A stretch of DNA of 64,000 bases from Eledone cirrhosa (lineage: Eukaryota). Made by a program: the position numbers and the translations under genes. The stretch covers positions 39,680,001-39,744,000 of the forward strand of contig OZ024755.1 of NCBI GenBank assembly GCA_964016885.1, given 5' to 3'. The notes beneath the pieces were generated by a model that saw only the letters and a list, made by a program, of their open reading frames with translations, was not told the DNA's origin and searched no databases. This document shows, one piece after another, positions 1-10,599 of this stretch; position 1 is the first letter of the stretch, and every line of letters begins with the position of its first letter.

Positions 1-62
1 AATAAAGTACCAGTAATGCACTGGGTGATTGCTGGCCTTGTGCTTAAAGTAGAAACAATTAT
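1..62 (+). mobile_element. tRNA-derived SINE, 3' part (cut by window edge)
   Basis: AATAAAGTACCAGTAATGCAC...GCTGGCCTTGTGC...AGTAGAAACAATT matches the 3' half of the full copies at 1293-1479 and 9871-10060. Confidence 0.85.
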
Positions 63-395
63 TTACAATGACTGCCGCATTCAGCATAATTGCGGGTGTG
101 TACCTGACCGCTGTGGATGAGGGCGCCTAGGGACAATGAAGACGTCGAAGTGATGCCAGTCGTTCACGATTACAGCCCCTCTCCCACCACAGTAGTAATT
201 CTGATATATGAAGACATTTTCATTGACAGGTGGAGAAGGAGAACCAAACAGTGGACAAACATGAGTGGCTAGAAATAACAGTGACGTGTACAATTCTTGA
301 CCACTCATGGAATCACAACAAGAGGATCTAAATCAACAAACGAAGAAATTCGTTGTTAAAGGACAATAGGAAAAACTGCTTCGTAGAATCGAGAC

Positions 396-481
396 GTATC
401 TGAGGACCGCGCGATTTCAGAGTCAGGTTTGATCACCCTATCGATCGTACCTCGAGCTGGTCGCCCGAGAAATTGTAATAT
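396..481 (+). ncRNA. Putative type-I hammerhead ribozyme with long stem II (degenerate)
   Basis: CTGAGGA 400-406; stem II CGCGCGA 408-414 / TCGCCCG 461-467 (1 mismatch); GAAA 469-472; weak stem I GTAT/ATAT; AATAAA at 486-491; (TA)n from ~532. Confidence 0.45.
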
Positions 482-529
482 ATCCAATAAATTCCTTTCG
501 TCGCAACACTGATTCCCTTTTTTTCTGTG

Positions 530-531
<2 letters not shown>

Positions 532-588
<57 letters not shown>
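532..588. repeat. (TA)n microsatellite
   Basis: Direct reading. Confidence 0.95.
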
Positions 589-589
<1 letters not shown>

Positions 590-650
590 TTCGTTTCTGA
601 ATTTGTTTAGCAAGATTCTTTATCTGAAAACGTGTGTTGAAACCGATATT

Positions 651-1218
651 GTTATGCTTTGGGAGGGTCATGTTGCCAATAAGAAACACACGCACCAGTT
701 GCTTTCACTCCAATTTATTATAAGTTAAATTTATAAATTTAAGAATTTATGAATTTCCGGTTGGTTGGTTGGTTCCACAACCAGACGATTGTTCATATAT
801 TGTCAAAGTTCTTTCGTCACACATTCTGTGACCTCTTCAGTGACTGGGGATTCTTTTCTTTGTTTTTGTGCCTCTCCTTTGTTCTGTCCTACGCCATCTT
901 GTTTGGTGTGTGTGTTGTGTGCTTAGTTTGAGCATGTGTTACATCCGGGTGTCTGTGTGTGTTTATATTTGTTTATTTATTTGTTTATTTACATGTTACT
1001 GGTTGGTTGTTTGTTCTATATGTGTGTGTGTTTTCATTTTGTCTTTAATTGTAAGTTGTGATGTTGCTGTTCCATTCATGTTTTCTATTTAATTTTGGTT
1101 GGAGTTGATTTATGTTTATTGCCTCTGTGATTTGTCTAAACATTGCGTCTTTTCTGTGTGTAGATGCTATTTTTATTTCTATGTTCTCTAATTTACCCTT
1201 ATGTTCTATTTTATATGT
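651..1218 (-). mobile_element. Penelope-like element 3' end (GIY-YIG C-terminus + 3' pLTR with hammerhead), copy 1
   Basis: Minus-strand frame 1218->1045 reads EHKGKLENIEIKIASTHRKDAMFRQITEAININQLQPKLNRKHEW...*, the R-x2-EA-x2-I...P-x-LN-x3-EW end typical of PLE GIY-YIG domains; hammerhead at 802-844 downstream; second copy at 15135-15674. Confidence 0.75.
802..844 (-). ncRNA. Minimal type-I hammerhead ribozyme
   Basis: Minus strand GTCA-CTGAAGA-G-GTCACA-gaatg-TGTGAC-GAAA-GAAC-TT-TGAC: stem I GTCA/TGAC, 6-bp stem II, intact core. Confidence 0.7.
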
Positions 1219-1292
1219 ATATATATAAAGCCTTAATTGAAATAAGTACTCAGCTAATATAATCTTTGCTTACCAGAAGCGTTTGAAATAAT

Positions 1293-1479
1293 TGTTTCTA
1301 TTTTAGGCACAAGGCCAGCAATTAACCAGTACATTACTGGTACTTTATTTTATCGACCCCGTAGAGGATCAAAGGCAAAGTTAACCTCGGTGGGATTTGA
1401 ACTCAGATCATAAAGTGACGTAACTCTATGCTTCAAAGCATGGTGTCCGACTCTCTACCGATACTGCCAATCCACCGCC
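1293..1479 (-). mobile_element. Full-length tRNA-derived SINE with 18-bp target-site duplication
   Basis: Minus strand A-box-like TGGCAGTATCGG and B-box GAGTTCAAATCC, then GGGGTCGATAAAATAAAGTACCAG core; TSD AGAAGCGTTTGAAATAAT at 1275-1292 and 1484-1501. Confidence 0.9.
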
Positions 1480-1589
1480 GATTAGAAGCGTTTGAAATAA
1501 TGGCTTCTAACTGGAAGTTATTAAATACAATAAACGAGGTAACTCCATCTTGTCAACATAAAACACTTTATTCCTTTTACTCTAAAATT

Positions 1590-2430
1590 AGCGTCGACTG
1601 ATCAAAATTGATCAAGGACACACCCGTGCCAGTTTCCCTGGCTACCCTCTCTACGATGTATCGGACGAGGTGGAGCTTGTCGTGGATGGATCTATTTAGA
1701 ATGGTGCATATCTGCACCTCACCCACCAGACCACCGACGACAAGCGCCAAACTTTTGCTAGCACCTTGGCCAAAATTTTGAACTCTGCGTTTAACAGAGT
1801 TATGGGCCTGAAATTATCTATGGTGAACCCCTTGTTCGGGTTCTTTCTAAGCAGCGTCACAGCTCCTCGGCTCACAGAGCTGAGAATTCACCCGTCCATG
1901 CTGCCAGTTGCAGTAGACGTCCGTAGACGTCCGCCAACAGGTCTCCCAACCAGTTTGGCATATGTACGTGAAGTTCGTATGGTAGACCATCCAAACCAAG
2001 CGATTTCCTCATCCTGCAGTCTGTCATGCTTCTCGTCCTTCAGCGGCTATTTTCGGCTTTTCGCAACACTCCACCTCAGTGGCCGAGATCCGCGACAGTC
2101 CGGTCGAATTACGCGCTAAAGTCCATCCTACGATCGAACCCACCGCTGCCCACGAATAGCTGAGCGAAGTGCCGCTGAAAGGCTGCACACATTTGCTCGG
2201 TTTCGAGTAACATGCGCCCATCGTGGTTCTCTAGAGACCGGAACGTGGCTTTGTTGCCACGACGCGCCTCCACCACTCGAGCCCATCGAATGTCTTTCGT
2301 CCGCTCGTGCCCGAGAGAGCACGCGCCCTATCTCTGACAAAGCAGCCTTCGTGCTTTGCTTTGAAGAATTGGTTGAGGGCCAATCTCACAGAAAGCAGGT
2401 CGGTCGCGATGCTTTTACTAAGCCTCCCGT
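1590..2430 (-). mobile_element. Decayed L1/Tx1-clade LINE ORF2 fragment (N-terminal RT region)
   Basis: Minus strand across frameshifts: KSLGLDGLPYE...GAVTLLRKNPNKGFTIDNFRPITLLNAEFKILAKVLAK/LALVVGGLVGEVQICTILNRSIHDKLHLVRYIVERV...SLINFDQS; truncated before KAFD; 10-bp tandem duplication GTAGACGTCC at 1913-1932 shifts frame. Confidence 0.85.
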
Positions 2431-2680
2431 GTAGTTTTATAATTAGTTGTCCCTCTGCTCTATTGCTAACACTTTACTGAGATAATTGAGGGACGTGTTT
2501 CAAAAAGAAACACATATTTGGCCCCTAAGGGCTTCAAGTGGAGACAATTGAACCAGCTCACAAGGAAACTGGTTTACTTAGCTTCAAAACGATATCAAAG
2601 TTTCAATGCAAATGGTTGAATAACAGGGAAAATAGAACAAACTTACAGGAGCAATGTGAACCACGTCTTGAAAGACTGAA

Positions 2681-2682
2681 CC

Positions 2683-2774
<92 letters not shown>
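2681..2774. repeat. Compound trinucleotide microsatellite (CAC)n(CAT)n(CAA)n
   Basis: Direct reading; produces the spurious polyH/polyQ ORF. Confidence 0.95.
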
Positions 2775-2776
<2 letters not shown>

Positions 2777-2895
2777 GTGCGACGTAATTCCTAATGAATT
2801 ATACGCTGATGTTGAATACAGCTTAATGAATATTGTACCGTGTATTTACTTTTGTAGTGTTTTTCAGGTGAATATGGCGATTACAATTAGGGATT

Positions 2896-2897
2896 TA

Positions 2898-2928
<31 letters not shown>

Positions 2929-2930
2929 GT

Positions 2931-2961
<31 letters not shown>

Positions 2962-3085
2962 AGTGAGTGTATGTGTGTGTGTATGTTGGTGTGTATGTAT
3001 ATATATATCCATATATTTATATATATATATATACATATGTATATATATATATATGAATATATATATATATATATAAATATATATA

Positions 3086-3162
<77 letters not shown>
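2896..3162. repeat. (TA)n/(TG)n low-complexity tract
   Basis: Direct reading. Confidence 0.9.
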
Positions 3163-3176
3163 TTATTCAGGTTTGA

Positions 3177-3234
3177 ATACCTGATGATATCACCGGATTC
3201 ATACGGAACCCGGTCATTGAAATGATCATAGTAT
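3177..3234 (+). ncRNA. Type-I hammerhead ribozyme in a ~120-bp insert within (TA)n
   Basis: ATAC-CTGATGA(3181-3187)-stem II ACCGG/CCGGT-GAAA(3219-3222)-palindromic TGATCA-TA-GTAT; AATAAA at 3235-3240. Confidence 0.75.
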
Positions 3235-3282
3235 AATAAACCTTTCAAGGATTTACACAAATCCAGCCTCCTGTCATTTCAT

Positions 3283-3283
<1 letters not shown>

Positions 3284-3351
<68 letters not shown>

Positions 3352-3489
3352 TATATATATAAATATATATATATAAATATATATTTATTAAAATAACAGA
3401 TTAAAGTTTAAGCAAAGAATCGCTGCTTTCACCCTTAACGGGATCTTCTGAAATATATATATAAATATATAAATATAAATATATATATA

Positions 3490-3523
<34 letters not shown>

Positions 3524-3612
3524 AATATATAAATATAAATATATATATATATAAATATATATATATAAATATATATATAAACATATATATATAAATATAT
3601 ATATATATATAT
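3284..3612. repeat. (TA)n / (TAAATA)n tract interrupted by a ~70-bp insert at 3384-3452
   Basis: Direct reading. Confidence 0.9.
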
Positions 3613-4121
3613 GGTGGCTGCCAACTCGTTTTCGAGTACGGCCACTACTTTATATCCATGTAGGAGAAACCCTACCGATGCGCTGAACAAGTGTGACTTT
3701 TTAGTCCAGCCAGCGACTTGAAAACTCTGGTACTAACACTACACTTGTGACAATTATTGACACAGTGCTGGGCCCATGGTACCATGTGACGACAAGTGCA
3801 GAGAGATCTCCAGATATAAAGCAATGCCTGTGCCGTGAAGCTTTTATAGTGAGCAAAGGCACTGCACAAAGCCAGTCCCACTCTCTTAACCAAGCTTTCT
3901 TGGTGAGGAGGATGACTTTGGACATCTTGCAGGACTAAAAACTAAACCTGTCAAAGGGCAAAGGAGCTCTTACGAGTCAATGGCCATCCAAAATCACCGG
4001 GAGAGATGACCCCTTAACCTTTGTCAAGCCAGAATTCTAGGAGAAGGAACACTCTGATATAACACCTGCAACTCTGATGGCATCCAATGATGTTGACTTG
4101 TTCTTCTTTTTAGTAAATATC

Positions 4122-4156
<35 letters not shown>

Positions 4157-5084
4157 TATATATATATATGCATATATATGTTCATCGATATATACAATTA
4201 TGGCTCGCTGTATAGTGGTTAGGTTGTTGGTCTTACGAAAGAGTTGACTCGACAATAAAATCGATATTTGCAGAGAAGGCAATGTGTGTAACTCTGCTCG
4301 TTATACTAAGCGACCTTACCATCAAACATCATAATATAAAACACAAGCTGGTTATGAGATATGACATTCAAAATTAGAATTCAATTGTCAAAAATAGCAA
4401 TATTCTCCGATTTCTTATGTCGGAGAAAAACAAAAGTAGAACCAGAATTAACAGAGAAAAACAACTCTGATAATGGTTTTAATGAATATCAGACGGATAC
4501 GTGAAAATGGAAGGAGCTGTTTGTTAGATCAATTGAAGCTATGATTACATTAGTCTTTCTACTGCTGATACCTCCTACCGGTTGAAACTCTGACTGACGT
4601 GGGAGTTGATTTCAGAAAGTACAAAACAGGAGCAGATTCAGCAAATATTCCGTTTGACTATTTAGCAATTCCATAATTCCACCGTCCCTTCGGTAATATT
4701 TTATCTATGGACCCTAAAGACAATGTTCACCTCTATATGATTTATATTCAGAATGTAGGAAGAAATTAGGAGCCCTTTAACCCAACACTGTAAAAACTGT
4801 GCCAATTTATATCAAACAAGTGAATTTCAAGATTGTATTTATAAATCCGATAATTAAAGACTATTTAAATCTCTCTTATTACCTATTCAGTCACAGTCAT
4901 ATTATACATTTATAACACAAACATTAACTTCTCTTCCGTTAGGTTTTTCCTAAAAAAACAGAATATATTAGTTTATATAAACTAAACAGATATTATTAGG
5001 GGAAATATTCCGGAAGAAATGTAAAACAAGAAAACCAACATTAGTGGAACTGTCTTCAAATCTATTAATGCAGCTTGATGGTCA

Positions 5085-5306
5085 GTTCACCTCATGGACC
5101 CAACAGACAGAATGGGAAGGACATTGCCTTGGGATATGACAAGAGAGATGAGTTGGCACAGGAACTCCACTTCTCGGGGTTGGCCAACTATACTCCGATA
5201 TCGGTGAGTAGAGAATTCATCCGGTGACCAAGAACGCCGCAAGTCCCCACAGCCACAGGCCCAAACAGAAATATATCAAAGAGCAGCGGAAATTTTGACC
5301 GTGTTT
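5085..5306 (-). mobile_element. CRE-type non-LTR retrotransposon restriction-like endonuclease C-terminus (decayed)
   Basis: Minus strand FLFGPVAVGTCGVLGHRMNSLLTDIGV*LA / PREVEFLCQLISLVISQGNVLPILSVG fits the F-x-P-x-AVET-x-G...PRE...QRLS-x3-QRGNA end of CRE RLE domains; shares GACTTGCGGCGTTCTTGG with 10623-10640. Confidence 0.7.
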
Positions 5307-8124
5307 TACCATATATGAGGTACTGTGGTAATATACCATATATGTGGTACTGTGGTGATATATTATATCTGTGGTACTGTGGTAATATACCATATATGTG
5401 GTACTGTGGTAATATACCATATATGTGGTACTGTGGTAATATACCATATCTGTGGTACTGTGGTTATATATTATATCTGTGGTACCGTGGTAATATACCA
5501 TATATGTGGTACTGTGGTAATATACCATATATGTGGTACTGTGGTAATATATTATATATGTGGTACTGTGGTGATATACCATATATGTGGTACTGTGGTA
5601 ATATATTATATCTGTGGTACCGTGGTAATATACCATATATGTGGTACTGTGGTAATATACCATATATGTGGTACTGTGGTAATATACCATATATGTGGAA
5701 CTGTGGTAATATATTATATATGTGGTACTGTGGTAATATACCATGTATGTGGTACTGTGGTAATATACCATATATGTGGTACTGTGGTAATATATTATAT
5801 CTGTGGTACTGTGGTAATATACCATATATGTGGTACTGTGGTAATATACCATATCTGTGGTACTGTGGTAATATACCATATCTGTGGTACTGTGGTAATA
5901 TATTATATATGTGGTACTGTGGTAATATACCATATATGTGGTACTGTGGTAATATATTATATCTGTGGTACTGTGGTGATATATTATATCTGTGGTACTG
6001 TGGTAATATGCCATATCTGTGGTACTGTGGTAATATACCATATCTGTGGTACTGTGGTAATATATTATATATGTGGTACTGTGGTAATATACCATATATG
6101 TGGTACTGTGGTAATATATTATATATGTGGTACTGTGGTGATATATTATATCTGTGGTACTGTGGTAATATACCATATCTGTGGTACTGTGGTAATATAC
6201 CATATATGTGGTACTGTGGTAATATACCATATCTGTGGTACTGTGGTAATATATTATATCTGTGGTACTGTGGTAATATACCATATATGTGGAACTGTGG
6301 TGATATGCCATATCTATGGTACTGTGGTAATATATTATATCTGTGGTACTGTGGTAATATACCATATCTGTGGAACCGTGGTAATATATTATATGTGTGG
6401 TACTGTGGTAATATACCATATCTGTGGTACTGTGGTAATATATTATATCTGTGGTACTGTGGTAATATACCATATATGTGGTACTGTGGTAAAAAAATAT
6501 ATATGTGGTACTGTGGTAATATATTATATCTGTGGTAATGTGGTAATATATTATATCTATGGTACTGTGGTAATATATTATATATGTGGTACTGTGGGAA
6601 TATACCATATATGTGGTACTGTGGTGATATATTATATCTGTGGTACTGTGGTAATATACCATATATGTGGTACTGTGGTAATATACCATATCTGTGGTAC
6701 TGTGGTAATATGCCATATCTGTGGTACTGTGGTAATATACCATATCTGTGGTACTGTGGTAATATATTATATATGTGGTACTGTGGTAATATATTATATC
6801 TGTGGTACTGTGGTAATATACCATATATGTGGTAATGTGGTAATATATTATATCTGTGGAACTGTGGTAATATACCATATATGCGGTACTGTGGTAATAT
6901 ATTATATCTGTGGTACTGTGGTAATATACCATATCTGTGGTACTGTGGTAATATATTGTATATGTGGTACTGTGGTAATATACCATATCTGTGGTACTGT
7001 GGTAATATATTATATCTGTGGTACTGTGGTAATATATTATATCTGTGGTACTGTGGTAATATACCATATATGTGGATCTGTGGTAATATGACATATCTAT
7101 GGTACTGTGGTAATATACCATATCTGTGGTACTGTGGTAATATACCATATCTGTGGTACTGTGGTAATATATTATATCTGTGGTACTGTGGTAATATACC
7201 ATATATGTGGTACTGTGGTAATATGCCATATCTATGGTACTGTGGTAATATATTATATCTGTGGTACTGTGGTAATATGTCATATATGTGGTACTGTGGT
7301 AATATACCATATCTGTGGTACTGTGGTAATATGCCATATCTATGGTACTGTGGTAATATACCATACCTGTGGTACTGTGGTAATATATTATATCTGTGGT
7401 ACTGTGGTAATATACCTTATATGTGGAATTGTGGTAATATGTCATATCTATGGTGCTGTGGTAATATATTATATCTGTGGTACTGTGGTAATATACCATA
7501 TATGTGGTACTGTGGTAATATGTCATATATGTGGTACTGTGGTAATATACCATATCTGTGGTACTGTGGTAATATATTATATATGTGGTACTGTGGTAAT
7601 ATACCATATATGTGGAACTGTGGTAATATATCATATCTGTGGTACTGTGGTAATATATTATATCTGTGGTACTGTGGTAATATACCATATCTGTGGTACT
7701 GTGGTAATATATTATATCTGTGGTACTGTGGTAATATATTATATCTGTGGTACTGTGGTAATATACCTTATATGTGGAACTGTGGTAATATGCCATATCT
7801 ATGGTACTGTGGTAATATATTATATATGTGGTACTGTGGTATTGTGGTAATATACCATATATGTGGAACTGTGGTAATATACAATATATGTGGTACTGTG
7901 GTAATATATTATATATGTGGTACTGTGGTAATATACCATATATGTGGAACTGTGGTAATATATCATATCTGTGATACTGTGGTAATATATTATATCTGTG
8001 GTACTGTGGTAATATACCATATCTGTGGTACTGTGGTAATATATAATTCTGTGGTACTGTGGTAATATACCATATATGTGGAACTGTGGTAATATGCCAT
8101 ATCTATGGTACTGTGGTAATATAT
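5307..8124. repeat. 27-bp minisatellite, ~104 copies, consensus TGTGGTACTGTGGTAATATA(CC/TT)ATAT(A/C)
   Basis: Strict 27-bp period (9-aa repeat in the ORF track); one 8-bp phase break near 7840. Confidence 0.97.
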
Positions 8125-8663
8125 AGAATTATATGAGATTATACAAATATAAATTCTCTCATGATTTTAATTATAAATGTTACTTGGTTAACCAAATATT
8201 TATGATTTTACTCAGTGTTCAGAATGTTGTTCTATTAAACTCTAGTTCGACTTTCATAATCATAGTTTTGTGCAGGACTCTCAAGATAGTCAACATTGTT
8301 TTAGTCTGCATCGCCATTCAATCTTCCTAGAGTATATAGAGTTAGTACCAGTAATATACTTTCGCTTATTTAATGGAAAGCATATATTTCTACCTCTCTA
8401 ATGACGCCATTATTCCGTACCATTCGTCTTGAAACTGAGAGTTTTATACCACCAGATGAACTTCGATTATCATAGAGAAACTTATGATATCACCGAGCAC
8501 AAGGCGTGTCTTTTACTCGACTCTACACCCCAACGACAACACCCTACACATGGGGTGTCTTTCACCCTACACACGGTCTTCTTCCACCCAATGATAACAC
8601 CCAACACATTTGTACCTGTACAGGATCGGTTGATTGGTAGAGTTGAAGAGTATACTTGACAGT

Positions 8664-8943
8664 GTGTCTATCTGTAAAGGTGAGGTACACATCACAATGT
8701 GTCTACCTGTGAGGTACACACCACAATCTGTCTATCTGTGAGGTACACACCACAATCTGTCTACCTGTGAGGTACACACCACAATCTGTCTACCTGTGAG
8801 GTACACACCACAATCTGTCTACCTGTGAGGTACACACCACAATCTGTCTACCTGTGAGGTACACACCACAATCTGTCTATCTGTGAGGTACACACCACAA
8901 TCTGTCTACCTGTGAGGTACACACCACAATCTGTCTACCTGTA
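8664..8943. repeat. 29-bp minisatellite TGTCTACCTGTGAGGTACACACCACAATC, ~9 copies
   Basis: Direct reading; phase shifts 1 nt per 30. Confidence 0.95.
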
Positions 8944-8996
8944 AAGGATCAGGAATTCATTTCAGTTGAACTGTAACTATATAATGTGCGATTTTA

Positions 8997-9317
8997 TGTG
9001 TGTCTGTATATGTGTGTGTGAGAGAGTGTGTGTGAGAGTGTGTGTAAGAGAGAGAGAGTGTGTGTGTGAGAGAGAGAGAGTATGTGTGTGAGAGAGAGAG
9101 AGTGTGTGTGTGAGAGAGAGTGTGTGTGTGAGAGAGAGAGAGAGAGAGTATGTGTGTGTGTGTGTGAGTATGTAAGTGTTTGAGAGACAGAATGTGTGTG
9201 GGAGAGGGGCACGTGTGGATATGGATGTGCGTGTGTGGGTGTCAATGTGTATGTGTGTGTGTTTGAGAGACAAAGTGTGAGTGGGTGTACGCGAGTGTGT
9301 GTTGGAGTGTGTGTGTG
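8997..9317. repeat. Compound (GT)n/(GA)n microsatellite
   Basis: Direct reading. Confidence 0.9.
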
Positions 9318-9390
9318 CCATGATATGAAGAATGTGTTACTGTTGTACTGAAGCGGAACATTCACAACACTAACAAGACGACATAAACAA

Positions 9391-9605
9391 TAATTGTTTC
9401 TATATTTGGCACAAGGCCAGCAATTTGGGGAGGAGGAGGAGGTCGAGTAAAACGACCCCAGTGCATTACTGGTACTTTATTTTATCGACCCCTTAAGGAT
9501 GAAAGGCAAAGCTAACCTCGACGGGATTTTAATTCAGAACTTAAAGGGCCGTAACTCTATGCGGCGAACTATGTTGTCCGGCGCTCCACCGATACCGCCA
9601 ATCCA
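9391..9605 (-). mobile_element. tRNA-derived SINE (longer variant with GGGGAGGAGG insert)
   Basis: Same family as 1293-1479. Confidence 0.85.
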
Positions 9606-9607
9606 AA

Positions 9608-9741
9608 TAATTGTTTCTGTCTTTGGCACAAGGCCAGCAATTATCCCAGTGCATTACTATCGGTGGAACGCCGGACAATATACTTCGCCGCATAGAGTTA
9701 CGGCCCTTTAAGTTCTGAGTTCAAATCCCGTCGAGATTAAA
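9608..9741. mobile_element. Rearranged SINE pieces: minus-strand tail (9608-9658) joined to plus-strand head (9659-9741)
   Basis: GGCACAAGGCCAGCAATT tail followed by ATCGGTGG...GAGTTCAAATCCCGTCGAG head. Confidence 0.75.
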
Positions 9742-9870
9742 TTCTATCTAAATATAACATTGATTACACTCGATGTACGATGTAATGTAAAATAACAAAT
9801 ATCTATTCTCAATATGTGTTTAACTCACAAAGTTAGTTTAAACACCATTGATAATTACAGAAAGATGGAT

Positions 9871-10060
9871 TGCGGTGGATTGGCAGTATCGGTAGAGCGT
9901 CGGACACCATGCTTTGCAGCATAGAGTTACGGCCCTTTATGGTCTGAGTTCAAATCCCGCCGAGGTTAACTTTCCCTTTGATCCTTACGGGGTCGATAAA
10001 ATAAAGTACCAGTAATGCAATGGTATAATTGCTGGCCTTGTGCCAAAAGTAGAAACAATT
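9871..10060 (+). mobile_element. Full-length tRNA-derived SINE with 14-bp TSD
   Basis: TGGCAGTATCGG A box, GAGTTCAAATCC B box; TSD ATTACAGAAAGATG at 9854-9867 and 10061-10074. Confidence 0.9.
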
Positions 10061-10135
10061 ATTACAGAAAGATGAAAACAATATTAAGTAATGAGAAAAA
10101 GGGGGGAAGGGTTAAAATAGGGCAGATCTGAATAT

Positions 10136-10325
10136 AATTGCTTCTTATATAGGCACAAGACCAACAAATACCTCAGTACATTACTGGTACTTTGTTTTAT
10201 CAACTCCGGAAGGATGAAAGGCAAAGTTAACCTCGGCGAGATTTGAACTCAGACCGTAAAGGGACGTACCTCTATGCTGGAAAACATGGTGTCCGACCCT
10301 CTACCGATACTGCCATTCCACCGCC
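10136..10325 (-). mobile_element. Full-length tRNA-derived SINE at the tail of the next copy
   Basis: Family match; flanked by GGGCAGATCT(G/T)AATA(T/C)AAT at 10120-10138 and 10329-10347. Confidence 0.85.
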
Positions 10326-10347
10326 CATGGGCAGATCTTAATACAAT

Positions 10348-10554
10348 GCTTTCTTATATAGGCACAAGGCCAACAATTTTGGGGGAGGAGAAAGTCGATT
10401 AAATATACCCCAGTGCATGACTGGTACTTTATTTTATCGACCCCATAAGGATGAACGGCAAAGTTAACCTCGGCGGGATTTGAACCCAGATCATAAAAGG
10501 GCCGTAACTCTATGCTGAAAAGAATGGCGTCCGACCCTCTACCGATGCTGCCAA
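10348..10554 (-). mobile_element. tRNA-derived SINE (longer variant)
   Basis: Family match incl. GGATTTGAAC (B box, reverse) and CTCTACCGATGCTGCCA (A box, reverse). Confidence 0.85.
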
Positions 10555-10599
10555 ATGAATAGTTATGACACTCGTTAGTAGTGTCTAACGAATTCTCCA

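Noticed and set aside
749-1092. Hydrophobic membrane-like ORFs (also 15244-15573)
   Set aside because: Antisense reading of the A/C-rich 3' region of a PLE fragment
2538-2966. PolyH/polyQ ORF
   Set aside because: Trinucleotide microsatellite running into (TA)n/(TG)n; no recognisable protein context
5074-5210. Plus-strand exon (AG...GTGAGT, open frame)
   Set aside because: Better explained by the minus-strand CRE-like RLE homology shared with 10600-10860
5217-8065. Long ORFs up to 859 aa (YYHSTTDMV, WYCGNIPYM, VVIYHICGT repeats)
   Set aside because: Arise from a 27-bp stop-poor tandem repeat, open in several frames on both strands, with no unique domain
8664-8943. 29-bp repeat as a CRISPR array
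   Set aside because: Units are directly adjacent with no unique spacers; eukaryotic context; no cas genes
9871-9965. tRNA gene
   Set aside because: A/B boxes belong to a multicopy SINE head with TSDs; no cloverleaf
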